A stretch of 64,000 nucleotides of DNA, taken from contig NC_057754.1 in NCBI RefSeq assembly GCF_004010195.1, positions 845,318 to 909,317 on the forward strand, written 5' to 3'. Position numbers and translations under genes: made by a program. Positions within the stretch are counted from its first letter, which is position 1. Each line of letters opens with the position of its first letter. Source of the DNA: Chiloscyllium plagiosum (Eukaryota). The notes beneath the pieces were generated by a model that saw only the letters and a list, made by a program, of their open reading frames with translations, searched no databases and was not told the DNA's origin. Shown piece after piece: positions 26,067 to 38,849 of the stretch.

Positions 26067-26381
26067 GTGGCACGGTGGCACAGTGGTTAGCACTGCTGCC
26101 TCACAGCGCCAGAGACCCGGGTTCAACAACCGCCTCAGGCGACTGACTGTGTGGAGTTTGCACGTTCTCCCCGTGTCTGCGTGGGTTTCCTCCGGGTGCT
26201 CCGGTCTCCTCCCACAGTCCAAAGATGTGCAGGGTCAGGTGAATTGGCCATGCTAAATTGCCCGTAGTGTTAGGTAAGGGGTAAATGTAGGGGTATGGGT
26301 GGGTTGCGCTTCGGCGGGGCGGTGTGGACTTGTTGGGCCGAAGGGCCTGTTTCCACACTGTAATCTAATCTAAAAAAAAAA
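26067..26381 (+). mobile_element. HE1-type SINE in ROM1 intron 2
   Basis: Same body as the 11770-12056 copy, with TAATCTAATCT and an A tail. Confidence 0.9.
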
Positions 26382-26636
26382 GTACCATCCAAATACATGC
26401 CCACTTTCATTAAGAAGAACAAGGGCAGCAGATACATGGGAACACTACCCCCTGCAAGTTCCAGGGGTATGGGTGGGTTGCGCTTCAGCGGGGCGGTGTG
26501 GACTTGTTGGGCCGAAGGGCCTGTTTCCACACTGTAATCTCATCTAAAAGAAAAAGCACCATCCAAATACATGCCCACTTTCAATAAGAAGAACAAGGGC
26601 AGCAGATACATGGGAACACTACCCCCTGCAAGTTCC
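26289..26636. repeat. 174-bp tandem duplication (26289-26462 and 26463-26636)
   Basis: SINE 3' half plus downstream flank repeated head-to-tail with a few substitutions. Confidence 0.9.
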
Positions 26637-27429
26637 CTTCCATCCTGACTTGGAAATATATCACCATTCCTTCACTGTCACTGGGTTAAAATCTTGGAAT
26701 TCTTTCCCAAACAACACTCTGGATGTCCCTACAGCACATGGACCGCGGTGATTCAAGAAGATAGTTCAGCACCACCTTCGCCAGGGCAACTACAGACGGG
26801 CAATAAATGCTGCACCAGCCAGCAGTGCCCTCATTCCAGGAATGAATTTTTAAAAGTGCTCATTCCAGGAACCAATCCAGGAAACGTTCTCTCACATCAT
26901 TCCTCACATAAGGAGACCAAAACTGCACACAGTATTGGAGAAGTGGTCTCACTAATACCCTGTATAACTGAAAAAGAACATCCTTACTTTTATGTTTAAT
27001 TTCTCTTGTAATGCAGGATAGCATCCCATTTACCTCCTAATTACTTACTGAAATGGGATTCCACACTCTGAATTATGGAAATGGGAATAGAAATCAAGCC
27101 ACTTATCATAGGATACAGATAGATTCATTGTGCTACTTTAACTTACGGTCATCTGCAAACAAGCCAGTGGAAGTCTCCATTCCTGCATCTGAGTCACTGG
27201 GAAATTCAGTGAGATGTTCCTGATCTTCAGAGATCATATCTGACCATACAGCAAACAAACGATTCTGTTTAATCCATACTAAACCCCAACCAATTACTGC
27301 TGAGTGACTCCTGATTACCTTAAAGTAAAACCTAGATCCCAGCTTCTCAAATGACATTGCCGATTTTCCTGCTGTTCTGTGGCTATCTGAGTTTTGGAAT
27401 CTTGTTTATTTTGTGTGACTTCTGTATAG

Positions 27430-27657
27430 CTCGGTGTGTTGACTGGACTGCGTTACCTCAGCATTGCAACAGAGGCTGTTGTGGGCCAAGAGAATCCTGA
27501 GTGTGACTCCGAGGGCTATTTGCTGGATAAAGGGCCATTGGAGACACTGTACGTTACTGCCAAAGCACTCAAGGCCAAGTTCAACTTCAACCAAGTGCAG
27601 ACAGAGCCAGCACCAACTGAGACGGCAGCGACAGAGGGCAACAAAACCGAAAAATAG
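27430..27657 (+). CDS. ROM1: ROM1 coding exon 3 (end of TM4 and cytoplasmic C-terminus, stop TAG)
   Basis: CTTCTGTATAG|CTC GGT GTG gives LGVLTGLRYLSIATEAVVGQENPECDSEGYLLDKGPLETLYVTAKALKAKFNFNQVQTEPAPTETAATEGNKTEK*. GLRYL, EGYLL and NQV are family hallmarks. Total CDS 1056 nt = 351 aa plus stop. Confidence 0.9.
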   Translation, partial: LGVLTGLRYLSIATEAVVGQENPECDSEGYLLDKGPLETLYVTAKALKAKFNFNQVQTEPAPTETAATEGNKTEK

Positions 27658-28520
27658 ACATTTCCTAACCCAGAAAGGTACACGCTGGGTAATGGCAGTT
27701 ACCCAGAAGCAACTATCGGCCATAGCTGACCTTTAACATTGAATGTCCTTCTGTTTGAATTTCATGCAGTACTGCACTTGTCCTCAGCATTGCCCTGCTT
27801 ACTGTTTGGGAGGGGAGAGGGGTTGCACTGAGTGACCTTTAATCCTAGCGACTCTCTCCCCAGTCTCAATCCCACTGCCTCAGGCCAATCTGTAAGGTCC
27901 CTCACTTGGCAGAGATTTGTCTTCCCTTCATCCAGGCTTTAGTCAGGATTAATCCTCAGCTCTGAGCAGTTAGCACCTGACCTTTAACCCTTGGAACCAA
28001 GTTCAGATAGCAGCACTGTGATCAGTGACCTGTCTGGCTTCATTACTCTGGTTCACCCATTCCTGGGGCATCTCAATTCATGACCTCTCAGAAAACACCC
28101 ACTATCGCCCAACTCTGATATCTGTGCAAATAATGAAGAGAATTGTTCAAAAACATTGAAGAAAACTCATAATCCTTTTTTAAATCCCTCCCCTTCACCA
28201 CCCCATGACTGTGACCTTTTTCCTGGGCTTCATTACAGCTGTCTAATATGCTTCATTCTCAATTCCTTCAGCATCTAATACAATCCTGCAGCTAATAGAA
28301 ACGCCTGGATAAACCTGCAGCAAGGGCTGAGGTCTTTCCAACAATGAAAGTGGCTGTCTGAATGACCAAATGGTACGACTGAAATGGCTGACCTCAGCCT
28401 CGGGAGGAGGTTGAAAGGATAAAGGTGGGATGTTCCTGAGAATGGGTCACTGTGCAAAGTATACTCTGTAGTAAGTTCTCTGTAGATCTGCTGTCAAATG
28501 ATAAAATGTAGTCACAACTC

Positions 28521-28569
28521 AATAAACCAAAGTGATCAAGGCAATTCTGAAATAAAGGTCTGAAATAAA
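28521..28569 (+). terminator. Cluster of three AATAAA polyadenylation signals, likely ROM1 3' end
   Basis: AATAAA at 28521, 28551 and 28564, about 0.9 kb after the ROM1 stop codon. Confidence 0.6.
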
Positions 28570-29039
28570 GTGGGATCGAGGAACCGTAAGAACATTATTT
28601 ATCCAAACAGTTTCAGATAAAAATGGTTGTTCTATAACATTTGCATTTATCTAGAATCATTAAGGGAGCAAAACAGACAAGCATTAGCAAACAAAATGTC
28701 ACACTGAGCTCTATTGAGAGGTATTTCAACAAGAGCCTCTTGGCCAAAGAGTCAGTTTTAAGGACCATCCTGAAAGGCAGAGAGGGTTAGAGAGGGTATT
28801 TAAAGCTGAGATAGGGAGAATCTTAGTCAGTTAGGGAATTGAGGGTTGTGGGGAAAGGACAGAGAAGTGAACTTGAGGATTGTTGAATTAGCCATGATCT
28901 TACTGAATGACAGAATGGTCAACTCCGGTTTCTATTTCATATGATCTTATGGAACTCCCAAAGTTAGGACTGCAGGCAGCTGAAGGCATGGCTGCCAATG
29001 GTGAAGTGAAGGGCATTGGGGATGGTCAAGAGGATGGAA

Positions 29040-29460
29040 TTGGAGAAAGTGACAGAGATAGGGCAGGAGTGTATGGGCTGGAGGAGGTTGCAGAGATAGG
29101 GAGGAGTGAATGGGCTAAGGGTGGTCACAGAGATAGGGAGGGGGTTTAGGGGCTGGAGGAGGTTACAGAGGTAGNNNNNNNNNNNNNNNNNNNNNNNNNN
29201 NNNNNNNNNNNNNNNNNNNNNNNNNNNNNNNNNNNNNNNNNNNNNNNNNNNNNNNNNNNNNNNNNNNNNNNNNNNNNNNNNNNNNNNNNNNNNNNNNNNN
29301 NNNNNNNNNNNNNNNNNNNNNNNNNNNNNNNNNNNNNNNNNNNNNNNNNNNNNNNNNNNNNNNNNNNNNNNNNNNNNTAGGAAGAGAATGTAGAGGCTGG
29401 AGGAGGTGACAGAGATAAGGAGGCATTTACGGGCTGGAGAAGGCTATAGAGATAATGGGG
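29040..29460. repeat. Purine-rich tandem repeat spanning a gap
   Basis: Recurring AGAGATAGGG..GGGCTGGAGGAGGT..CAG on both sides of the N run. Confidence 0.65.
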
Positions 29461-32400
29461 GGATATGGAGGCTAGATGAGGTGAGATCCCAGGAGACCAT
29501 GTATATGAGGATTTAAAATTAATACCCAGTTGGATGAGGAGCCAGTATGAGTCCCTGGGCACAGAGAGTGAGGGGTAAACACGATTTAGCGCGTGTGGGG
29601 CCTTGACAAATCTTTCATCAAACTGTGAGGGATAACTGGTGTAAATAAGAGTTGGTGAGTTACTGAGTGTTGCAGAGTCAGGACAAAGAATTAAGAACAG
29701 TTTAAATTATTTGTCATCATTATCCACCTCAGGTTATAGCAATGTGACTATCGCAGAGAGGTGGGTAATCCCTTTAACCAGGTTAATCTGTTACAAAGCT
29801 TCCTGCAATCCAGAACCAGATTTAATGTTCAAATCGTACAAAGGTCAAACCCGTTGGGGGAACCTGAGGATGAGACAGATGTGGAATTTGGAGATTCAGA
29901 CGATGCAGAGGAGGTAGTGAGAGGCATTCCACTGCTGACAGACTCTACTTGGAACTGTACTCAGCCTCTATTTTCACAGGTGGACTGATTCTTTCAACTC
30001 CCTGTCACTATTTCGCAAAACACAACACAACTTGGTCCACATGTTCCTCAAAGTTACATCACCAACCACCAGAAACCATTGCAGTCAGTCAGCCAGCCTT
30101 CAATGTACACCTCAAATTCAGGTAAAACAAAGAAAATACACAGTTGTCATAACACACACAATCCTCTTCTGAAATGGAGGCTAATAAGACTGACTCCCTT
30201 GCTACAGACATTGTCAGATAGATGCCAGTGTTGTAACTGTACTGGAACAGCTTGGCTAGGGGGATGTTCTGGAGCAAAGTCTTCAGTACTATTGCTGGAG
30301 CACTGTCAGCACCCATATCCTTTCCAGTTCACAGCTGGAGTGAATCGAATTGGTTGAAGCCCACTGATGTGCTGAGCTTCTCCATCATTGAGGATGGGGA
30401 TATCTGTGAAACCCCCTTCTCCAGTGAGTTGTTTAATTGTCCACCACCATTCATGAGCGGAATGGTAGGATTGCAGAGCTTCGATCTGATCCATTGGTTG
30501 TGGGATTGCTTAGCTCTATCATTCGCTGCTTCTGCTTGTTGACACACAAGTAGTCCAGTTCGGTAGCTTCGCCAGGTTGATATCTCATTTTCAGATATGC
30601 CTGGTGCTGTTCTTGACATTCCTCTTGCATTCTCCATTGAACCAGGGTTGATCCCCTGGATTGATGGTAACGGAGGATATGCCAGGCCATGAGGGAGTAT
30701 GAGAGAATGTGTTGGGAGTATGCATCTGCTGCTGTTGGTGGCGCACAGCACCCCATGGATGCCCAGTCTTGAATCCCTAGATCTGTTCAAGGTCTGTCGC
30801 AGATTTACAGGAATATCCCGAGGATGAAGGGTTTGTCATTTGAGGAATGGTTGAGGACTCTGGGTCTGTACTAGATGGAGTGTAGCAGCATGAGAGGGAA
30901 TCTGATTGAAATTTACACAATACTGAGAGAACTGGATTGAATGGATGTGAAGAAGATATTTCCATTAGTTGGAGAGACAAGGACTCGGCACAGCCTCAGA
31001 GAGAGGGGATGACCCTTTAGAACTGAGCTGAGGAGGAATTTCTTCAGCCAGAGGATGGTCAATCTGTGAAACTCATTGCTGCAGAGGGCTGTGGAGGCCG
31101 AGTCATTGAGTATATTTAAGACAGGTTCTTGATTGGTAAGGGGATTGAGGGTCACAGGGTGAAGCGGGAGAATGGGATTGAAAAACGTATCAGGTATGAT
31201 CGAATGGTGGAGCAGTCTCAATGGACAAATGGCCTAATTCTGCTCCACTATCTTGTGGTCTTATTTAACAAGTTATAGTGCCACACAACATGACAATGGA
31301 TGAGAAGGTAAGACGTAATCTCCACAAGGACAGTGCGGGGGTCACTCTTATCGATACTGTCATGGACAGATACATCTGCAGCCAGCATATTGGGAAGGGT
31401 GAAGTCATAGAGTCATAGAGCCATAGAGATGTACAGCATAAAAACAGACCCTTCGGTCCAACCAGTCCATGCCAACCAGATATCCCAACTCAATCTAGTC
31501 CCACCTGCCAGCACCCAGCCCATATCCCTCCAAACCCTTCCTATTCATATACCCATCCAAATACCTCTTAAATGTTGCAATTGTACCAGCCTCCACCACA
31601 TCCNNNNNNNNNNNNNNNNNNNNNNNNNNNNNNNNNNNNNNNNNNNNNNNNNNNNNNNNNNNNNNNNNNNNNNNNNNNNNNNNNNNNNNNNNNNNNNNNN
31701 NNNNNNNNNNNNNNNNNNNNNNNNNNNNNNNNNNNNNNNNNNNNNNNNNNNNNNNNNNNNNNNNNNNNNNNNNNNNNNNNNNNNNNNNNNNNNNNNNNNN
31801 NNNNNNNNNNNNNNNNNNNNNNNNNNNNNNNNNNNNNNNNNNNNNNNNNNNNNNNNNNNNNNNNNNNNNNNNNNNNNNNNNNNNNNNNNNNNNNNNNNNN
31901 NNNNNNNNNNNNNNNNNNNNNNNNNNNNNNNNNNNNNNNNNNNNNNNNNNNNNNNNNNNNNNNNNNNNNNNNNNNNNNNNNNNNNNNNNNNNNNNNNNNN
32001 NNNNNNNNNNNNNNNNNNNNNNNNNNNNNNNNNNNNNNNNNNNNNNNNNNNNNNNNNNNNNNNNNNNNNNNNNNNNNNNNNNNNNNNNNNNNNNNNNNNN
32101 NNNNNNNNNNNNNNNNNNNNNNNNNNNNNNNNNNNNNNNNNNNNNNNNNNNNNNNNNNNNNNNNNNNNNNNNNNNNNNNNNNNNNNNNNNNNNNNNNNNN
32201 NNNNNNNNNNNNNNNNNNNNNNNNNNNNNNNNNNNNNNNNNNNNNNNNNNNNNNNNNNNNNNNNNNNNNNNNNNNNNNNNGTCTCAGTCCCAACCCTCAA
32301 ACTCAGCACCACCTTCCTAACCTGCAATCTTCTTCCTGACCTCTTCGCCCCCACCCCAATCCGGCCTATCACCCTCACCTTATCACCCTCACCTTGACCT

Positions 32401-32485
32401 CCCTCCACCTATCGCATTTCCAACGCCCCTCCCCCAAGTCCCTCCTCCCTCCCTTTTATCTTAACCTGCTGGGCACACTTTCCTC

Positions 32486-32521
32486 ATTCCTGAAGAAGGG
32501 CTCATGCCCGAAACGTCGATT
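32486..32521 (+). ncRNA. Hammerhead ribozyme motif in a Penelope-derived repeat (32281-32552)
   Basis: ATTC-CTGAAGA-A-GGGC TCAT GCCC-GAAAC-GTC-GATT. Confidence 0.65.
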
Positions 32522-33217
32522 CTCCTGCTCCTTGGATGCTGCCTGACCTGCTCAGACATGACGTTTTACCTAACTACATGGAGCCCCAATAGTATGGCTT
32601 GACCAGACCGCGAACAAGACCCTCTGGAGAGTCCAAGGACATGACCCGTGTCCAGGATGCCACTAGACATCCTGTTTACCTTCAGGAATGGCAAGCCATC
32701 CATTCCAACTTCTGGGCCCAACCAGAACCAGAAATTGTGATGCTGGAAAAGCAAAGCAGGTCAGGCAGCATCCCAAACAGAAGCTGTTGGCATTACTTTA
32801 CAAAATGAACTAAATAAATGAAGGGTTTTATTTCCCTTTAGGACTCTGTCCGTTAATATTTCATGAACCTTCTCAGCATCTCGCCAGGTAGTGGTTCCAC
32901 ACAAACCTTGCACAAATGGTTAGCTCTCATGTAAATAACTGCAGGCTTTGCCTTCACTAAGTGCAAATTTCCAGAGAAGCAAATAGGAAAAGAGTTGCTA
33001 GACTCTTCTCCCATCAAAGATCTGGGATGTGCTGCCCACATTATTGCCAAAGTTGAGAAACCCCATTGGTACATATTAGGAAATTGAATCTGCAGCTTTT
33101 CTCCCTGCAGCTTGACTGCTCACAGCTTTTGCAAGCAGAGTTATCTTGAGGGACATTAAAATGTAGTTTTCATAAGAAAGTTTCGTTGACCTAGAGAACA
33201 GAAATCACTGCCTACTT

Positions 33218-33377
33218 TGAAATAACTCCACAGTGGCTGACATCCCGTGACCAAATCACCCTTGATTGACACTTGACAATGATCCTGCAGCCTCAGAGTA
33301 TGGTCTGATTAACAGATTCAGTCGGGGAACTCAGATTCTATGAGATCCACCTAGCTGACCTTACTACAAACATTACA
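33218..33377 (-). mobile_element. Solo LTR related to the 6541-11023 Gypsy element
   Basis: Same TGAAATAAC...GAGxTCCACCTxGxTGACC...ATTACA layout as those LTRs; exact 5-bp TSD TACTT at 33213-33217 and 33378-33382. Confidence 0.7.
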
Positions 33378-33994
33378 TACTTCGGAACTGAAATATGATA
33401 TAGGTGCATGCAAATTAATTTCTAATTAAATGTTCCAATCCGTACATTAAGATAATTTATGCCTGAACTTCACAAATATTTCTTTAAACATATTGAAAGA
33501 TTGCTTCTTTGACCTTGCTTCAAGAGTTACTGCGTTTTGTTGGAAAGTAATAATTTCTGTAATTGAAGTGGGTGTATTGAAGCAGGCCATATGATTCATC
33601 TCCAGGTACACAATATTATGTAAGGCAAGTTGCTGGCTGCTTTGGAACAAGAGGAATGTTTATTTTGGAGGTGGTGTTGTATTTTAAGTATCCCACAATC
33701 CTTGGAATTGTTTGCTTCACAAAGTAAGTTTGATTGCATTACTTCAGCGGAGAATAATGGTTTTCCAAGAGTAATTCCTGATTCATCCACCCTTCAATCG
33801 TACTCACGTTTCTTAGCAGAGTCCGGACGTTGTAGTCAGATGTACACTGTTTATCTTTTAATTTTCTGCCTCCCTAGCCAAGCCTAGGGTCACCAGTTTC
33901 TGCCAATACCTTCACTGAACTCGGTAACCTTGATGTACGGTAACTGGCTAGAGTCCACAAAGGATCACTGACACCTCATTCCATTAAAGAGAAA

Positions 33995-34790
33995 CGGTTG
34001 GCTGAATTGCTTGAGTGGCAGATGGAGTTCAACCCTGTCAAGTGTGAGGTTGTCCATTTTGGAAAGACAGATAAGAATGCGGAATACAGGGTTAACGGTA
34101 GGGTTCTTAGTGAGGTGGAGTAACAGAGGGATCTTGGGGTATGTTCATAGATCTTTGAAAGTTGTCACTCAGGTGGATAGAGCTTGTAAGAGGGCCTATG
34201 GTGTATTAGCGTTCATTATCAGAGGGCTTGAATTCAAGAGTCGTGAAGTGATGTTGCAGCTGTACAGAACCTTGGTAAGGCCACATTTGGAGTACTGTGT
34301 GCAGTTCTGGTCGCCTCACTTTAGGAAAGATGTGGAAGCTTTGGAGAGGGTGCAGAGGAGATTTACCAGAATGTTGCCTGGAATGGAGAATAGGTCGTAC
34401 GAGGATAGGTTGCGAGTGCTAGGTCTTTTCTCATTGGAAAGGCAAAGGATGAGGGGTGACTTGATAGAGGTTTATAAGATGATCAGGGGAATAGATAGAG
34501 TAGACAGTCAGAGACTTTTTCCCTGGGTACAACAGAGTGTTACACGGGGACATAAATTTAAGGTGAAGGGTGGAAGGTATAGGGGGGATGTCAGGGGTAG
34601 GTTCTTTACCCAGAGAGTGGCGGGGGCATGGAATGTGTTGTCTATGGGAGTGGCAGAGTCAGAATCATTGGTGACCTTTAAGTGGCAATTGGTTAGATAC
34701 ATGGATAGGTGCTTAAGCTAGGACAAATGTTCGGCACAACATCGTGGGCCGAAGGGCCTGTTCTGTGCTGTATTGTTCTATGTTCTATCT
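33995..34790 (+). mobile_element. CR1-type LINE 3' fragment
   Basis: LYRTLVRPHLEYCVQFWSP..LERVQRRFTRMLPG..RGRFFTQRV; tail TGTTCTATGTTCTAT. Confidence 0.9.
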
Positions 34791-37700
34791 GATGCCATGA
34801 GACCTCTAGGGTCTGGAGTCAGTGTTGAGGCCTTCCATAGCAACTCCCTGCCAACTGTATAGCCCCTGCTGAGTCTATCAACACATACCCATGTGATAGA
34901 TATGATTCTAAGAGTATGACTATATCAGGTTGCTGCCTGAATAGTCTGTGAGACACTGCTAGTCCCACTGCTGGATCTAAGAGTAATTTGAGGCAACTGA
35001 GTAGCTTGCTAGGCCATTTCAGAGGGCAACCAAGAGTCCACCATATTGGACTCACATGTAGGTCAGACCCAGTAATACAGTAGTAATGAAAGACACTAGT
35101 GAACCAGGTGGACTTTTAACCAACAATGAGGTCATTCATTCCAGATTCTTATTCAATCTCAAATTCCATCCTCTGCCATGGTGTGACTTGAACAGCATAG
35201 TGGCTTAGTGGTTCGCACTGCTGCTTCACAGTGCCAGGGAACTGGGTTCAATTCCACTGGGTGACTGNNNNNNNNNNNNNNNNNNNNNNNNNNNNNNNNN
35301 NNNNNNNNNNNNNNNNNNNNNNNNNNNNNNNNNNNNNNNNNNNNNNNNNNNNNNNNNNNNNNNNNNNNNNNNNNNNNNNNNNNNNNNNNNNNNNNNNNNN
35401 NNNNNNNNNNNNNNNNNNNNNNNNNNNNNNNNNNNNNNNNNNNNNNNNNNNNNNNNNNNNNNNNNNNNNNNNNNNNNNNNNNNNNNNNNNNNNNNNNNNN
35501 NNNNNNNNNNNNNNNNNNNNNNNNNNNNNNNNNNNNNNNNNNNNNNNNNNNNNNNNNNNNNNNNNNNNNNNNNNNNNNNNNNNNNNNNNNNNNNNNNNNN
35601 NNNNNNNNNNNNNNNNNNNNNNNNNNNNNNNNNNNNNNNNNNNNNNNNNNNNNNNNNNNNNNNNNNNNNNNNNNNNNNNNNNNNNNNNNNNNNNNNNNNN
35701 NNNNNNNNNNNNNNNNNNNNNNNNNNNNNNNNNNNNNNNNNNNNNNNNNNNNNNNNNNNNNNNNNNNAGGGTTTGACAATCGGGTCCAAGGATGAGTGGT
35801 GGTTTAGTGATTGGGTCAAGGATTTTGGGGGATAAAGGTCAAGTTGTTGATTAGAGATTGGGCAAGTAAAATGTTAGGCGATTGGGTGAGGGACAAGTCA
35901 GTGTTTGGGAATGCAGGAGGTGATTACAGGGTTTTGTAATCAGAGTAAAAGGTAAATTTTGGAGATTAGGGTGAGAAACACCAGGCGATGATGCAGGCTG
36001 GAGCCAGCGACTGGTGCGAGGGGGCAATCAAGCCGATGGACGTGACTGGGCTGAGGGGTAGACCAGGGTGAGGGGTGAACTCGAATTTGGGGATGGAGGC
36101 ATTGGTTGAGATGTAGGCTTGGAATTAAGTTTAGGGGTCAGTCAGAGTTTCGGGATCAGGATGAGGGCTCTGAGATCAAGGAACATCGAAAAGAGGGTCT
36201 GAGTGTAAAAGTGTTGAACAGACATTTGAAATTGAAATCAGGAGAGCGTAAGGACAATGATTGTATGATGAGCTAAAGAAGGGTTTCACACATAGGATTA
36301 CCTGCCAAATAAAATAAGGTAACAGTCAAAAAGGATTTGGAGGTGGAAGTATGTTGTCAGATTTGTAAAGATTTTGGCAGGAGGTCAGTCGGTGTTTAGT
36401 TTTATACCCCATTGGATAGACCTGGCAAAAAGGGAGTTAGTTTCTCAACGAGAAACAAAAATCAGGAAATGAGAAATAAAAGCCTGAGATTAGAGGCTAA
36501 AACTGACAGAAAGATATACATGTGAAGTTCTTACACCATGTGGGCAGGGTGAGGAGAGAGGTGAAACTGCTGGTATGAAAGTACAGATGAGTCAGGATAG
36601 AGGCGACAGCAATCATTTGGGGGTGGGAAGACTGGCATACAGTCATGGGGAGAATGGAGGGAAAGAACATGACAAGGTTTAAAGATCAGTGGATGAACAA
36701 GGCTCCGGTGTTGAATGGAATAAGAGCTAAAAAGAATCAAAGGTATATCAAGCCAGAGTCATAAAACTCCATGACTACTTTGTTTGGGGGCGGGGTCATG
36801 TCGAGGTGGAATTTGAGAGTTTTCTCCGTGTACTTGCATTGTGAAAGTAAGGTTGGCTTTTGAAGGATTCCTGTCTCAGATTCAAGTCAGAAAAACAAGA
36901 TGTGAATTCTCTATATTCAGAAAAGCTTCAGCCTTAATGTTAATGTCCCTGATCGCTCTCAACTAACTTGAATCCTGACCAACTACAAGAGACTGCCAAG
37001 GACTGGGGCGAATGTTTTGGGGTAATTGTGATTAGGGAATTTAAAAGTTCAATGGGTGTGGACAATTTGACAAGAAAACTTGTGGTGTTGAGGACAGAGT
37101 TTTTTTAAAAAAATTCATTTGCGAGATTAGGCCAGCATTTATTGCCCATCCCTAAGAGTCAACCATATTGCTATGGGTCTAGAGTCACAAGTTAGCCAGA
37201 CAGGTAAGAATGGCAGTTTCCTTCCATGAAGGACATCAGTGAATCAGTAGGATTTTCTGCTAATCTTCATTAAACTCTTATTCCAGAGACTTTTATTTTC
37301 TTGATTTCTAATTCCACCATCGGCCGTGCCGGGATTCAAAGCTGGATCCGCACAACGGTATTTGGGTTTCTAGATTAACAGTCCAGTGATAATACACTAG
37401 GCCATCCCTTCACCCTTAGTCGAGGGATTGTTTATGGTTTAACAGAATGAAGATGAACCATAGTTTTGATGTCTGAATTAAAGCCTCACTGCCCCATGAG
37501 AGGGAATTGGAAAGTCAAGAAACCACTGGCTTTTGTCTGTGACAGGATGTTAAAGATGGGGCATGTGTAGAGTCTTGAACAGTCGTGTGTCTTTGCAATC
37601 TGTTAGCCTTGGCGTGGGGTGGGTGTGTTCATTTTGGCATTCGCCAATGATGTATTCCTCATGATCATGGACCCAGCTGATTTGTCGCGGACGCATGAGT

Positions 37701-38257
37701 GCCAGGGGTTCAGTGTCCTCTGCAAGAATCAATTGGAGTAAATATTTGGGACTTCTAGTCAGTCTGTGGCAGGTGAACCATCTGTCAGTGGAGCTTGTGC
37801 TTTGTGTGGAATACCACTCAGCTCTTCTACTTGGGAGTCCATCTTTGCCCTGCTGAGGGATCCTGGCCAGCTAATTGGCAAGAGTTAACCTGAAATGATA
37901 AAATGATTGACTCTCAATTTGAGGACATCAATGAGAGAGAGAGAGAGATCAGGGAGTCTTGGGCTGCTATCTCCCTCTGTTCCACATGCTGGGCTTATGG
38001 ACTGCAATGAACTATGTGTAATACTTCATTTCACTCCTAGGGTAGAAGTTGTGTCATTTTACACATGCGAATACATATTCACCACATATTCTCCTGGGAG
38101 AAGTGAAAAAATCCAGGGTCAGCAAAGGGAAATAGATAAACTGAAACTTTCCCCCCCACTTAGAGCATCTGTGCCCCACTGCCAAACCAGGAATTAAACA
38201 TCTATCCAGGGGCTTGCTTGGATGACCAAAGTGCCTGCCAGGTGCTCTGCACAATGG

Positions 38258-38594
38258 TGAAATGAGGACTGCAGATGCAAGAGATCAGTCAAGATCAGTT
38301 TCCTCATTCTCCTCCCCCAACTCCAGTTCCAACCTGCCAGCTCAGCACCATCCTCATGACCTGTCCTACCTGCCAATCTTCCTTCCCACCTATCCACTCC
38401 ACTCTCCTCTCTGACCTATCACCTTCATCCCCACCTCCATCCACCTTTTGCACTCTAAGCTACCTTCTCCCCAGCCCCACCCCGGAGGCTCCCTGTCTCA
38501 TTCCTGGTGAAGGGCTTTTGCCCTAAACATCAATTTTCCTGTTCCTCAGATGCTGCCTGACCTGCTGTGCTTTTCCAACACCACTCTAATCTTG
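38258..38594 (+). mobile_element. Penelope-derived terminal fragment with a short inverted start and 14-bp TSD
   Basis: GCTCTGCACAATGG at 38244-38257 and 38595-38608; degenerate hammerhead CTGGTGAAGGGCTTTTGCCCTAAAC at about 38504. Confidence 0.7.
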
Positions 38595-38849
38595 GCTCTG
38601 CACAATGGACTGAGTGTTACCTATGAAGAAATTTGCTTTTTGTTGCAATCTTGGACCAACTTGAGAACAGGTCCAATGTCATGGTGAAGGCAAACAGTTT
38701 TCACTTGTTTAATTTTGATCCTCTGTCTGATTTACCCATCTCCAAACCATGTAGCTCCATGCTCAACTGTCTTGTGCCCTGATTCACTGCAATACTTGTT
38801 CAGCATAAGCTGTCATCATTAACATATCACACTGGATCTGTGTTATGAA

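Noticed and set aside
19664..27657. Calling the gene PRPH2
   Set aside because: Exon sizes match PRPH2, but diagnostic residues resemble fish rom1 and MTA2 linkage points to ROM1; a phylogeny is needed to close this fully.
29761..30020. Acidic ORF on + and a possible terminal exon on minus (GVERISPPVKIEAEYSSK*)
   Set aside because: No recognisable homolog, weak splice context and no partner exons found.
31429..32408. ORFs spanning N runs (also at 29146, 35159, 41268, 49772)
   Set aside because: Lengths are artefacts of assembly gaps; flanks are repeat fragments.
33801..33880. Minus-strand donor (GTGAGTA) suggesting an antisense exon near the MTA2 5' end
   Set aside because: No convincing acceptor or recognisable coding frame; a single site is insufficient.
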